DNA of 64,000 bases, from positions 124,001 to 188,000 of the forward strand of contig NIVC01001710.1 of NCBI GenBank assembly GCA_002269645.1. Reading direction: 5' to 3'. Of this stretch, positions 31,201-42,255 are shown piece after piece. The DNA comes from Macrostomum lignano (taxonomy: Eukaryota). The position numbers and the translations under genes were made by a program. The notes under the pieces were generated by a model, which worked only from the letters and a program-made list of their open reading frames with translations, had not been told where the DNA came from and did not search any database. The stretch's first letter is position 1. Every line of letters begins with the position of its first letter.

Positions 31201-34200
31201 TCAAACAAAAGAGACTCATGGGGGAATTTCTAAGACGTCAAGGTTCATGGAGGGAATTGCTGAGATGTCAAGGCTCATGAGGGAATCGATGAGATGCGAA
31301 GGCTCATGGGGAATTGCTGAGATGCCAAAGCTCATGAGGAATTGCTGAGATTTCAAGGCTCATGGGGGAATCTATTGATTAGACTAGCAATCCATTATGC
31401 TGTTTATCAAGTAGTTTATAGAATTATGGTATTAAAAGTACAAGATAATTACTCTAAGTAGCTTAACAAGCTGTAAACGCTGTACATTATCACTGTTAAT
31501 CTGGGCAGGTAACTCGAAATCGAGTGTATTAACCAGAATGATTTTGATAAGCTTTCTACTCTCTATCCACCTATGTATGCACAACGCATTTCTGCCATAA
31601 TTCAAGCCTTTAAATGCGGATAATTGCAGGAATTCCTATAGCAATGGCGTTGGAATGCAACAAAAATTATTGCTTCTGCTAGACAGCCTGTCCCCTGTTC
31701 TTCCCAGCTTCACTTTTTATCATCATCGCAAGCATAAACTCGGACGGCCCAGGGCCGTTCCTTATCGAATTTGCAAGAACAGCCATATTTGCTGGCAATT
31801 ATAATTATTTACCGAAACTCCTGCAGTTTTCACATGAAAATCTTCTACCTGATAGCTATAGAAATTCTCGTTCAAGCGGTTGCTCGCCGTCTGCGGCCAC
31901 ACAAAAAGTGCATCGTGTCCTTACTAAATAGGCCTTCAGGTTCCTATAGCAACCATTTCCCATGACTTTGAAGTCCCAGCTCCTTGAAGAGTCAAGAGCA
32001 TCTTTTAGCACGGGGCTCTGATCTCTGATTCTCTCTGGCGGTAAACCCATGCGGTCCCGTGAGAGTTGACATCAGGTCGGCTTTGGTCTTGGGTTTGGAG
32101 TCGCAATGCCCTCCTTAGTCCTCGGGTTCGATGCCTCAATAATTTTAGACTCGGAAACTGGCCCACACCGCCAAGGCACAGAGATTGTACACATGCGTGA
32201 CGACGAGAAAGTGAGAGCCACTGCCCACCCTGTGTGAGCGTGTGCCTGCGTACTTTTTCAACTCAGCCTCCTTGCAAACTTTTCATGCTGACGGAGTGGA
32301 GCCCAAAAGCTTTATTTTCATGCCTAATCTCAGCTCAACCAGCTTGAACTCTTTTCCAACCGAACTCCAACGCAGCCGGGCCGGTGGAAGCTGTACGTGT
32401 CTGTGTTGCCCACTGCCAGCCAATCGGAGGCCGCCACGTCACTCTACCATTCTGTCCTGATCTCGGGCCAGCCGGCCGCCTCTGATTGGCCGCCAGTCAG
32501 ACTAACCGGCTTTCTCAGCCAATTGGAGGCGAGGCTCGACTCGAGCAGCCGGCATTCGGTGCACGCGTACTTGCACCGCGGCTCCGCTGACGGATTCGTG
32601 CGTCCGGCCGAGCTCTGGGCCAGCGTCGAATCTGACGATGGCACCGTCGCCAACTTTCAGCTGTTCGATCACGGAGCTGGTGAGTGAAATCTGTGCAGCC
32701 TGGAGATTTTGCAAAGATTATTGATTTTTAAACAGCTCTGAACGGGGTTTCGCCATAGACAAATAAGATTGGAGTAACTAAAAAGCCACCGCTGCCATTT
32801 TATTAAAACGGTAGCATTATTTGTACACGAAGACAATTTTCCTTTCACAGTCAATATCATCAGCCTTGCAGTCGTCTGTTAGCGCAAATCGTAAAGCCAA
32901 ACTCTGTGCACCTGTTGTCAGGCGCTGACGTGTCACCCAACGATGGCATTTATTCTGCCTACCTGCCGCTGCACCGGATGTCCGGGCCGCCGCAGGACTA
33001 CAGCGTCCGCCTGCGGAGCCTCAGCCCAGTTGACCGAGTCGCCTCCGCTGGCAAGTTCACCGTCACCGCGGTCGACTCAGTCGATTTGGCCCGTCTGCCG
33101 CCGGCTCGCGTCACCGACTTCGGCTGCACTGTCAATGCCACCAGCGGCCGGCTGCGGATGCGCTGGACCACCGTTGGCGACCAGCTGGACAGTGGCGCTG
33201 GTAGGTTCTGTGTGGATTGCGCATGGCTGCTGATTGGGCATTGTGTGTCTCAGTAGTCTCAGTAGTCATTTGTCTTTTGTGTCTGCGTGCCCTTCGATTC
33301 TACCTTGAAATTCTACTCTTACTTTTACCTCTATTTGTGTTGAAAACTTTTTGCCGATGGTGTCTCCAGTGCTTGTGTTGTCGGGCTGTATTCCTTTTAT
33401 GTCTTCAAGAATTTTCTTCTTGTGTCCTATTATGTGTCTTTACCATGTGTCTTCCGGTCTTCCAATTGTTTCTTTCTGTGTTCTCGAGTCTTCCAGTTGT
33501 GTCTTTAGTATGTGTCCTCCGGTCTTCCAATTTTTTCCAAGGACTACTTAAGTAGATATATACGTTACTTTAGTCGTCCTTGATTTTGTCTTTATGTATT
33601 CTCTCTTTAATTTGTCTTCTAGTCTTCCAATTGTGTCTTTAATTTGTGTCTTCCGGTCTTCCAATTGTGTCTTTAATTTGTGTCTTCCGGTCTTCCAATT
33701 GTGTCTTAAATGTGTCCTCCAGTCTTCCAATTGTGCCTTTTGTGTCCTGCAGTCTTCCAATTGTGTCTTAAATGTGTGTCCTCCAGTCTTCCAATTGTGT
33801 CTTGAATATGTGTCCTCCAGTCTTCCAATTGTGTCTTTAATTTGTGTTCTCCGGTCTTCCAATTGTGTCTTGAATATGTGTCCTCCAGTCTTCCAATTGT
33901 GTCTTGAATATGTGTCCTCCAGTCTTCCAATTGTGTCTTGAATATGTGTCCTCCAGTCTTCCAATTGTGTCTTGAATATGTGTCTGATTGTATCCGCCTG
34001 CCATCTCTCCAGCAAGCCGCTACTTGGTTCGGGCATCCGCCAACCGCAGCCTGCTGGAGCTCAACTTCGCATCAGCAGACGACGTAGGGGCGGCCGCCCA
34101 GCTGCCCTCGGTGCCCTCCGGGCAGCCCATGACCCTGGAGGTTGCAGCTGCCGACGAGCTGCCCAGCTACCCATCCGTCACATTCTACCTGGCAGTGCGG

Positions 34201-35019
34201 GCGAACAACTCAGCAGGTGTGCTCAGCCAGCTGTCCAATGTGGCTGCCGTGCAGCTGACCATGCCTGACAATCTGGCTGAGATTGGCGTCGACGTTGGGG
34301 GCGAAAGCTCAACATCTAGCACAGAATCCAGCACGACATGTAGCACAGGATCCAGCACGGCATCTGCTCCAGAATCCAGCACGACATCTAGCACAGAATC
34401 CAGCACGGCATCTACTCCAGAATCCAGCACAGCATCTAGCACAGAATCCAGCACGGCATCTACTCCAGAATCCAGCACGACATTTAGCACAGAATCCAGC
34501 ACGGCATCTACTCCAGAATCCAGCACGACATCTAGCACAGAATCCAGCACAGCATCTAGCACAGAATCCAGCACGACATCTAGCTCAGAATCCAGCACAA
34601 CATCTAGCACAGAATCCAGCACGACATCTCGCTCAGAATCCAGCACGACATCTAGCTCAGAATCCAGCACGACATCTAGCACAGAATCCAGCACGACATC
34701 TCGCTCAGAATCCAGCACGACGTCTAGCTCAGAATCCAGCACGACGTCTAGCTCAGAATCCAGCACGGCATCTCGCTCAGAATCCAGCACGACGTCTAGC
34801 TCAGAATCCAGCACGGCATCTACTCCAGAATCCAGCACGACATCAGGGCTGGATTCTAGTAAACACAGTCAGAGTTGGTGGTCATACATGGTAATTGTTT
34901 TGGCCCTAATTTTCGCACCTTCAATTGCAGCATTATTAGGGTTGTTCTTACTATTTGTTCACTCGAAACTCCCGAGCAGAAGCCTTCATCTACGCAATAA
35001 AAAAGTATATCCAATCTGA
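25299..35019 (+). CDS. CLCA: CLCA-like protein, 1117 aa (signal peptide, CLCA_N/Cys-rich, VWA, beta-sheet region, FN3, S/T stalk, TM). Exons 25299-25469, 26826-27123, 27867-28384, 29035-29262, 29837-30145, 30863-31102, 32376-32679, 32922-33200, 34013-35019
   Basis: EPWTPQPLGCGRPG, LRWGAFAEF, EASLMY...V.HFC...HNPDAPN, MDVSRSM (MIDAS DxSxS), LLITDGEEN, LFDHGAGADV..NDGIYS, PPARVTDF, WTTVGDQLDSG. Phases are consistent and exons sum to 3354 nt. AATAAA at about 35079. Confidence 0.93.
25657..26779. repeat. 16-bp minisatellite in CLCA intron 1, ~70 copies
   Basis: Unit GTGAGCTGAAGGTGCG. Confidence 0.98.
27195..27810. repeat. 18-bp minisatellite with a 277-bp higher-order duplication, CLCA intron 2
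   Basis: Unit TTAGGACTCGATCTCACC; the block at about 27361 recurs at about 27638. Confidence 0.95.
30160..30826. repeat. 7-bp tandem repeat (CCAGTAG)n, CLCA intron 5
   Basis: Direct reading, with variants CCAGTGG and CCAGTAA. Confidence 0.98.
31215..31372. repeat. Short degenerate ~30-bp tandem repeat, CLCA intron 6
   Basis: GGCTCATGGGGAATTGCTGAGATGTCAA-like units, ~5 copies. Confidence 0.8.
32175..32244. mobile_element. Diverged TIR-like fragment of the 61515-61845 MITE family
   Basis: GGCACAGAGATTGTAC...AGAAAGT...CACCCTGTGTGAGCGTGTG matches 61779-61846. Confidence 0.55.
33615..33985. repeat. 34-bp minisatellite, CLCA intron 8
   Basis: Unit TCTTCCAATTGTGTCTTGAATATGTGTCCTCCAG. Confidence 0.95.
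34318..34842 (+). repeat. Coding 24-bp repeat, (STESSTTS)-like, ~22 copies; mucin-like stalk
   Basis: In frame within the CLCA last exon, between the FN3 domain and the TM helix. Confidence 0.9.
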
Positions 35020-35309
35020 TTGCTACCTGATCATTGGATTCCTAAACTCACTATATTTTTTCTAGTCTGTATGTTTGTAAATAAAAGTGAATATTTTACT
35101 GAACCGTTTCTCGAAGTGCGAAAGCTCCGCAGAAAATCCAAAAGTCTGCCATGTCAGAAGTGAAAAAAATCTATCAGACAGACCCGATTTTTTTAAATTT
35201 TACTATTCTTTAACTGTGTCCTTGTTTTGTATTTGGAAGTCCTTGCTAGTAAATTCCTAGTCTAAAAGTCTACTCGTCTGGAAGTCCTTGCATCCAATAT
35301 ACACGCAGG

Positions 35310-35509
35310 CGTGAGGTGGGTGTCGTGAGGGTCGGAATGAGTCCCTTACCCCACAGGAAATTTTCAGCAATGTACATTCAATACTGCATGCGCGGGGCGT
35401 GAGGTGGGTGTCGGGAGGTTGAGAATGTGTCCCTTACCCCACTGATAATTTTCAGCCATGTACATCCAATACTGTACACATGGGGCGTGAGGTGGGTTTC
35501 GAGGTGAGG
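35310..35509. repeat. 88-bp tandem repeat interrupted by the BEL element (third unit continues at 42256-42330)
   Basis: CGTGAGGTGGG starts at 35310, 35398 and 35486. The sequence after 42255 (GGTTGGAATGAGTCCTTTACCCCACAGG..) completes unit 3. Confidence 0.9.
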
Positions 35510-35795
35510 TGTACTATAGAAATGAAAAGACCGATGGTCCGCCAATAACTATTTTGGAGCTGAGGCTCAAGCGAGACGCTAACAAAACGAAAAGCGTAAA
35601 CCGTACACAGGGCTAATAAGCCCTCTCGATGATATATTTATTGCAGTCAGTCAGAATCAGCCAGCGTGGAGGGGGGTGGGTGAGATGGGCCTGGGCTAAA
35701 TCAGCGTACATAGAAAATTGAATAATAAACACGTACATTAAATCACGCAGTGGAATTGGAAAGAAAATCAATGCTACTAATCTACCTCCCAAACA
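35510..35795 (-). repeat. 3' LTR of the BEL element
   Basis: Direct repeat of 41970-42255; preceded on the minus strand by the PPT AAGGTGGGGGGTA. Confidence 0.97.
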
Positions 35796-36522
35796 TACCC
35801 CCCACCTTGGCATAACAATGACAAAAACTATTCGAGGGATGAAACAATGAAAACGAATACGGTAATAGGAAAATATTCGAAAACGATGCGTGATACAAAA
35901 TCGAACTCAAAAAGCAAAAAAACAACGTTGCATGAAACATTGATGGCGACATTGTGAATGGTAGAAAAATAGAGCAAAAGGTGAAGATAAGTACGCAGAT
36001 CGTAGATGACAATCGAAAATTTTGCAGAAGTACGTCAGCTATCATATAAAATTTCAAAATTGAACACGAACGCAGACTTCCGCCACCAAACGCAACTGAA
36101 ACAAAAACTGAAACAACAATTGTAAGCATTGGGCTATCAAAAGGTCGGAACTGGCGCATAAACTATGGTACTTCTAAGCGCAGAAAATCAAGCAATATTA
36201 AGTAGAGCTCAAATAATGCAAACATCGCTCGTAAAAAACTCAAAAAACGCAAAAGACAAACTTGCCGACAAATTCACTAAACCGTAACGACTGCTATTCA
36301 GCAAAAATTCACGCAAGAAAATAAATAGCTAAATAATGAATGTTAATCGCGTTGAACACTGAAAGCGAAAATTGGGTTAAGACGGCAAAAACAGGGTGAT
36401 TCCTATTAGCATGAAAGGGAAAGAAGACTTTACGAACAATGCAACAAACAGGAAAATTGAACAACTCATCAGAAAAATTGCGAAACCTGACAAAGTCTAA
36501 TTCTCTAGCAAAGGTTCGCAAA

Positions 36523-39500
36523 CTAACCTGCAGATATTGGACACAACTTTGTTATTGGTCTCGTCATTGTGCGATCACCGACTCTGATTGAGGCGACTCT
36601 CACGTGACCGTCCGAACCGCGCATGACCTCCAGCACGCGAGCCAGCGGCCAGTGACCCCGAGGCGAGTCCGGGCTCACCAGCAGCGCCACGTCTCCAGGT
36701 TGTAGGTCAGGCAGCTCGCGGCGCCACTTGCTCCGCGGTGCGAGTCCCGGCAGCCACTCGCGCAACCACCGGCGCCAGATCTGCGACACCAGCTGCTGGA
36801 CGTGACGCCATCTTCTTGAAGGACTGCGGGCGATGGCAGCGTCGACCTCCGGTGCAAACTTCCCGCCGACTTGCCCGATGAGGAAGTGATTCGGCGTCAG
36901 CGGCACATCATCACTCGGATGCGCCGTCTGGTACGTCAACGGCCTTGAATTCAGAAGTGCCTCCGCTCCAGCAAACGCGCTTAGCAGCTCCTCATCCGTG
37001 ACGTCCGCCTCCTTCAGAATTGCCCAGATTGCCTTCTTCGCTGCTTTGATCATGATTTCGTGCACCCCACCGAAGTGCGGCGCAGCGGGCGGGTTGAAAT
37101 GCCATCGCAACTGCTGAGAAGCCGTTCGCTGTTGAAGCTTCTGGGTATCCAAGACGTCGACTAGTTCTCGAAGCTCGCGCGCCGCACCGACGAAGTTCGT
37201 GCCGTTGTCCGAGAACAGCTCGATCGGTTGGCCTCGTCGACTGATCATCCGCTGTAGAGTCCGTAGGAAGGAATCGGTATCCATGCCGAATGCCACTTCC
37301 AGATGTACAGCTCGCGTTGCCAAGCAGGTGAACAATGCCAGGTACCTTTTCTGCCGAGCCTTGCCACGGCCCTGCTTAGTGATGAATGGACCGGCAAAGT
37401 CGACAGCGACACGAGCGAAGGCACGAAGCGGCTCCTTGAATCGGCAAGCGGGCAAGGGGGCCATAATCTGGCTGGCTGGTCTGGCTTTCCGTCGGCGACA
37501 TTCGGCGCACTTTGCTTCCCAAGACTTAATGGCTTCTCTGGCCGAGACGATCCAAAATCGGTTTGACAGTGCCACCAGAGTTTGGTTTGTGCCTAGATGT
37601 TGGACACTTTCGTGGTGATGCTTCACGATGAGCTCCGTCACGCGGTGTGATCGTGGCAGAATGATAGGAAATCGAGTGCTAAACGGTAGCACATCGGCGA
37701 ACTTTAGTCTCCCATCAGCGCGAAGCAGGTCGTTGACGTCGAGCTTCGGGTTCAAGTTAGAAATCACACTGCGTCCCGGCAACTGCTTTCCTGCTCGCAG
37801 ACAAGCGATCTCTTCCGCAAACGTTTCTTGCTGGGCTCTCTGGATGATCTTCGATTCAGCTGCTTCAATCTCTGCTGGTGATAGCTCGCCAGTATCTCGG
37901 TGCTCCTTCATCAAACGGCAGTTGTTAGCGAACCTGGCCACCCAAGCGTGAACACGGACAGCTCTGATCCAGCTGGAGAAGCGCTCTGGCTCCAGTCGAT
38001 GATTGCGCTCTAGCACATCGGTGACATACGTTCTCTGGCTCTCACCGGCCGGCGACTGATCCTCGCATCTGCGTCTCTCTTCCACCTGCTCAGGAACCTG
38101 CACTTTGTTCTTTGGCCAATTCTCTGCCTCTTCTAAGAGAAACTGAGGTCCATGCCACCACAACTGGCTAGCCGCCACTGCCTTGATCGATAGTCCTCGA
38201 GAGAGCAGATCTGCTGGATTCTTTTCCGTCGAAACATATCTCCACTGGTTCGGCTCTGTTGAAGCTTGGATCTCGCCCACTCGAGAGGAGACAAACGGCT
38301 TGAACATTTTTCCTCGGCCACGAATCCAGTACAACACGTTTAAGCTGTCAGACCAAAAAACTGCGTCACGAAGCGGCACTTGCAATGACTGCGCGACTTT
38401 GCTTGCGAGTTGGACTCCCAGAACTGCTGCCATCAGCTCCAACCTCGGTGTACTCATGGTTGTGATTGGAGCTACTCGAGTCTTCGAGATGATAAGTCGA
38501 ACGGAACGTTCACTGTCAGTTGCCGTTTCACTTCTCCAGTAGCATACAGCTCCGTAAGCTTTCTCGGATGCGTCAACGAACACGTGCACACTACCCGACA
38601 GGGAATTTTCTCCTTCAAGCGCCCTGGAAAGCCGAATCTCGCTTAAATGCTTCAGGTCAATGCACCAGGCGCTCACTTTTGCACTAAGTTCTGCATTCAG
38701 CGGTTCATCCCAATCAAGACCTGTCTGCCAAAGCTCCTGCATCAGAATCTTCGCCTGCACGACAAATGGAGAGATCAGTCCAAGTGGATCAAAGACGCTC
38801 GCTAGCTTCTTCAGCAGACCTCTTTTTGTGGTCACCTGACGCGACTCGTTTTCATCTTTAAAGGTAAATTCGTCCTGCTCACTCTGCCACGTGACACCCA
38901 GTGTCTTGGTGCTTGGTAGTTCTTTGCTGTCCAAGGTAACTTCGGCTGCACGGTCTTCAGGTGGGATTCTATCGAGCACAGCTCTCGAGTTCGAGACCCA
39001 CTTGCGCGCGTGCATGCCGGCGCGCCTCCAGAGCTCACTGAGTTGATCGTACAGCCTGCAGGCGGCTGCCTCGGTGGGCGCAGAGTCCAGGCTGTCATCC
39101 ATATAGGTAGAGTGCAGTACTGTCTCGGCCGCCTCTGGAAGCTCACCTTTTGACTTTTCAGCATGGCAGCGGGTAACGAACTGTGCCAAGAACGGAGAGC
39201 TGGTGACGCCGAACACCACTCTGTTGAACTCGTAGACATCCGGCTGCTTTGAAGGATCGGCGTCCCGCCAAAGGAAACTGTGCAGCGGCCTGTCCTTCGG
39301 GTCCATCTCGATCTGGAGATACATTTCCGCTACGTCGCATGCGATCGCAATCGGGTGTCGGCGGAACCGAAGCAGCACGTCAACCAAATCCCTCTGCAGT
39401 TTGGGGCCCTGGAGGATCTGGTCGTTCAATCTGGCAGCCGATGCATCAAAGACTATTCGCACTTTTGTCGTAGCCTTGTCTGGCCGCAGCACTGGGAAGT

Positions 39501-41901
39501 GCGGCAGGAAACAGCGGCCTTCAGTCTCAGCTTGCGACACTTTTCGGATATAACCTTGCTGTTCATACTTTTCAAGGATCTCCTGATACTGCTTGCAGAC
39601 GTTCATATCCTTAATCAGCCGCTGTTCGGTGTTCTTTAGTCGCTTCAAGGCCATTGAGAAAGTGCCTGCTGGAGCCAGCCGATCCTTTTTCCATGGAATC
39701 CCGATCTGGTAACGGCCCTTCGTGTACTTTAGCGACGACTTGGCTTGCTGGACGGCTCTCTCCTCATCGGCGGTCAGCGGACTTCGATTGGCACCTTCTG
39801 AGACGTTCTCGATCTCCCAAAACTGCCGCAGGATCTTAGCCACCTGACCAGATTCGGAATCGCAGCTGAAGAAAGTGGCAGCAAAATGGGCGTTCTGCAT
39901 CTCAGAATTGTCCTGCTCTGTGCGACCGATGCACGTCCAACCCAGGGGAGTCAGGCGCGCCTTTGGCTCCAGCGGCTGTCCGACGATTTCTTTGAGAGAC
40001 ACGTGAAGATCCGGGTGATCAGCACCAATCAGCAAGTCCACTACTGCAGGCTCACACAGCTTCGGAAACGGCACATTTCTCAGATGAGGCCACTGCTGCG
40101 CTTCTTCGTGCCAGTCGACGCCTTTGAGGGACCCAGTCACGTGATCAGCGGTGAAGGCGACGATCATTGAGCTGGTCTGACCATCCAGACTTTCCAAGCT
40201 AAAGCAGACTGGGGCTGTCATGAAGGTCTCTGTTTGGCCATTGATGACTCCGACTTTCACCTTTTCGAGCGCTCCATGCACTCCAAGCGCTTCTGCTATC
40301 CCGATGTTGACGTAGCTCCTGGTACTGGCATCGTCGAGCAAGGCATTCACCTTCAGCTTCCGGGACCCGTTCCGTAGGACTACAGGTACCGTTCGTAGCG
40401 AGATTGCCGTTTCACCAGCCGACAGAAGCGTCACCGGTCCAGTCTTTCCTGAACTGGAAGCGGATTTAGCGTCCTTGGATGCAGTCTGCTTCGCTTCACC
40501 AGACTTGGCCAACACTTTTTCTGCATGAAGCAGGCGATGATGGAACTTTGTGCAGCTGCTGATGCCGCACCGACGACCACGCCGACATTGGCTACCAAGA
40601 TGTCCTTGGCCCAAGCACCGGAAACAACACTTCGAGCTCTGCGCCGCGTCCCAGCGTTTTTCCACCGGAAGCTCCTTGAACTCACTGCAGGACCACAGCT
40701 CGTGATCACCTTGACAAACAATGCAAATCTTTCGCTGTACCTTCTTGTCACTGTCCGTAGTAACGAAAGTCTTTGGTCGCTGCTCTCGCTTTTGACGCTC
40801 CTGCTGCATGGTGGCAACGCCCTGCACAATCTCTGACGCTTCAGTCTGAAACTCTGCTTCTTGCAGCACCCAAATTCTCAGATTTCTAACACTCTCCGGC
40901 TTCCGCTGCTCAAAGATCCACCTCCGGTAGCTGGCAACCATCTGCTCAGGCAACTTTTTCTGCAGCCTCACATACAACATCCCATCTTGAAGCTCTGCCT
41001 CTTTACCCGCATCCTCAAGGTTAACGACAGCCACATCCAGTAGATTAGCAAAGCTTTTCAGATCCTTGGCGTTTCCATTTCGCACGATCGGGAAGCTGTC
41101 CAGCTCTTCCAAGTGCAGAGCAAGTTGCCTACGCTGTCCACCAAATTCTCTCTCTAATCTCTCTTTTGCAGCTTCATATGCCGCAGCAGAGTGTCCTAGA
41201 TGTTCTATAACCTTCAAAGCTTCACCGCTGAGGTACTGCCTAAGCTGCAGCAACTTGAATTCTGGTGTTGCAGGGGCGCTGTCGATGCACGCAACAAAGG
41301 CTGCCTTCCAGTTTTCATACTTCTGCTTTTCTCCACTAAACGTTGGGATTTCAACACGCTTCAGCATCTTCCACAAATCCTTTGAAAGCTCCTTCGGGTT
41401 GGATCCTTTGCTGGACGCAGCACTGCCAGAAAGTTTGTGTAACTCACCAGCTGCTTCTTCTTGGTCACCCGCAGCGTTCTCACCGCTTGAGCTCGCGGCA
41501 GGAGGAGCTTCTTTGGCGCGCTGCAATCTCCGGTTTCTGGCGCTTTCGACGCGCTGCATGGCAGCTTGGTAGTCGCGCTCCGTCTCCTCCATTTCGTCTA
41601 GTAGGCGCTGTCGCCTCTCGTTGTCCTTGGCGTCGGCGTAGCCTTCATGCAGTTCTTCCTGGATGGCGCTGACCAGATCTTGCAGGTCTGACAGAGCGTC
41701 ACAGGCAACTTGCACTTCGTCATCAGAGGCGTGCGTCTTTAACAGCCAAGACAGCTTGTTTTTGCAACGAGTGAACGCTGCTTTTTTTCGGGATTTCTCG
41801 AAGCGCAGCTTCTCTAAACGTAGGGCGCCGGCATCGTCTTGGGCTTCCTGCTGCTGCTGCTCATTGGCGTCGTCACTGTCCATCCTGGTCCTTCGTTTCA
41901 C
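36523..41901 (-). CDS. BEL/Pao Gag-Pol polyprotein (first ATG at 41883)
   Basis: Three Gag Cys/His knuckles (CIVCQGDHELWSC, CFRCLGQGHLGSQC, CGISSCTKFHH), protease ALLDDAS, RT YMDD, RNase H FVDASEKAYGA, integrase DFAGP / SDNGTNF / GGVHE. Order is PR-RT-RH-IN. Confidence 0.97.
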   Translation of the reverse strand: MKRRTRMDSDDANEQQQQEAQDDAGALRLEKLRFEKSRKKAAFTRCKNKLSWLLKTHASDDEVQVACDALSDLQDLVSAIQEELHEGYADAKDNERRQRLLDEMEETERDYQAAMQRVESARNRRLQRAKEAPPAASSSGENAAGDQEEAAGELHKLSGSAASSKGSNPKELSKDLWKMLKRVEIPTFSGEKQKYENWKAAFVACIDSAPATPEFKLLQLRQYLSGEALKVIEHLGHSAAAYEAAKERLEREFGGQRRQLALHLEELDSFPIVRNGNAKDLKSFANLLDVAVVNLEDAGKEAELQDGMLYVRLQKKLPEQMVASYRRWIFEQRKPESVRNLRIWVLQEAEFQTEASEIVQGVATMQQERQKREQRPKTFVTTDSDKKVQRKICIVCQGDHELWSCSEFKELPVEKRWDAAQSSKCCFRCLGQGHLGSQCRRGRRCGISSCTKFHHRLLHAEKVLAKSGEAKQTASKDAKSASSSGKTGPVTLLSAGETAISLRTVPVVLRNGSRKLKVNALLDDASTRSYVNIGIAEALGVHGALEKVKVGVINGQTETFMTAPVCFSLESLDGQTSSMIVAFTADHVTGSLKGVDWHEEAQQWPHLRNVPFPKLCEPAVVDLLIGADHPDLHVSLKEIVGQPLEPKARLTPLGWTCIGRTEQDNSEMQNAHFAATFFSCDSESGQVAKILRQFWEIENVSEGANRSPLTADEERAVQQAKSSLKYTKGRYQIGIPWKKDRLAPAGTFSMALKRLKNTEQRLIKDMNVCKQYQEILEKYEQQGYIRKVSQAETEGRCFLPHFPVLRPDKATTKVRIVFDASAARLNDQILQGPKLQRDLVDVLLRFRRHPIAIACDVAEMYLQIEMDPKDRPLHSFLWRDADPSKQPDVYEFNRVVFGVTSSPFLAQFVTRCHAEKSKGELPEAAETVLHSTYMDDSLDSAPTEAAACRLYDQLSELWRRAGMHARKWVSNSRAVLDRIPPEDRAAEVTLDSKELPSTKTLGVTWQSEQDEFTFKDENESRQVTTKRGLLKKLASVFDPLGLISPFVVQAKILMQELWQTGLDWDEPLNAELSAKVSAWCIDLKHLSEIRLSRALEGENSLSGSVHVFVDASEKAYGAVCYWRSETATDSERSVRLIISKTRVAPITTMSTPRLELMAAVLGVQLASKVAQSLQVPLRDAVFWSDSLNVLYWIRGRGKMFKPFVSSRVGEIQASTEPNQWRYVSTEKNPADLLSRGLSIKAVAASQLWWHGPQFLLEEAENWPKNKVQVPEQVEERRRCEDQSPAGESQRTYVTDVLERNHRLEPERFSSWIRAVRVHAWVARFANNCRLMKEHRDTGELSPAEIEAAESKIIQRAQQETFAEEIACLRAGKQLPGRSVISNLNPKLDVNDLLRADGRLKFADVLPFSTRFPIILPRSHRVTELIVKHHHESVQHLGTNQTLVALSNRFWIVSAREAIKSWEAKCAECRRRKARPASQIMAPLPACRFKEPLRAFARVAVDFAGPFITKQGRGKARQKRYLALFTCLATRAVHLEVAFGMDTDSFLRTLQRMISRRGQPIELFSDNGTNFVGAARELRELVDVLDTQKLQQRTASQQLRWHFNPPAAPHFGGVHEIMIKAAKKAIWAILKEADVTDEELLSAFAGAEALLNSRPLTYQTAHPSDDVPLTPNHFLIGQVGGKFAPEVDAAIARSPSRRWRHVQQLVSQIWRRWLREWLPGLAPRSKWRRELPDLQPGDVALLVSPDSPRGHWPLARVLEVMRGSDGHVRVASIRVGDRTMTRPITKLCPISAG

Positions 41902-41948
41902 AGTAGGGTTCTATTGCTTGCCACGTCAGTGGTAAGTTAGGCTTGTCC

Positions 41949-41966
41949 AACCACGCTCTGCTACCA
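41949..41966 (-). promoter_or_regulatory. Primer-binding site complementary to tRNA-iMet
   Basis: TGGTAGCAGAGCGTGGTT, 3 nt inside the 5' LTR, complementary to an animal initiator-Met 3' end (..CCACGCTCTGCTACCA). Confidence 0.8.
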
Positions 41967-41969
41967 AAA

Positions 41970-42255
41970 TGTACTATAGAAATGAAAAGACCGATGGTCC
42001 GCCAATAACTATTTTGGAGCTGAGGCTCAAGCGAGACGCTAACAAAACGAAAAGCGTAAACCGTACACAGGGCTAATAAGCCCTCTCGATGATATATTTA
42101 TTGCAGTCAGTCAGAATCAGCCAGCGTGGAGGGGGGTGGGTGAGATGGGCCTGGGCTAAATCAGCGTACATAGAAAATTGAATAATAAACACGTACATTA
42201 AATCACGCAGTGGAATTGGAAAGAAAATCAATGCTACTAATCTACCTCCCAAACA
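41970..42255 (-). repeat. 5' LTR of the BEL element
   Basis: Direct repeat of 35510-35795. Confidence 0.97.

Larger units (their letters stand above)
35510..42255 (-). mobile_element. Full-length BEL/Pao LTR retrotransposon (6746 bp)
   Basis: 286-bp LTRs at 35510-35795 and 41970-42255, TG..CA ends, identical by eye; 5-bp TSD TGAGG; PBS and PPT present; single intact gag-pol ORF. Confidence 0.98.

Noticed and set aside
35782-36159. Hydrophobic ORF 3' of BEL pol as an env-like gene
   Set aside because: Short and T-rich, runs into the LTR, and has no signal peptide, fusion or Cys pattern. Most likely 3' UTR.
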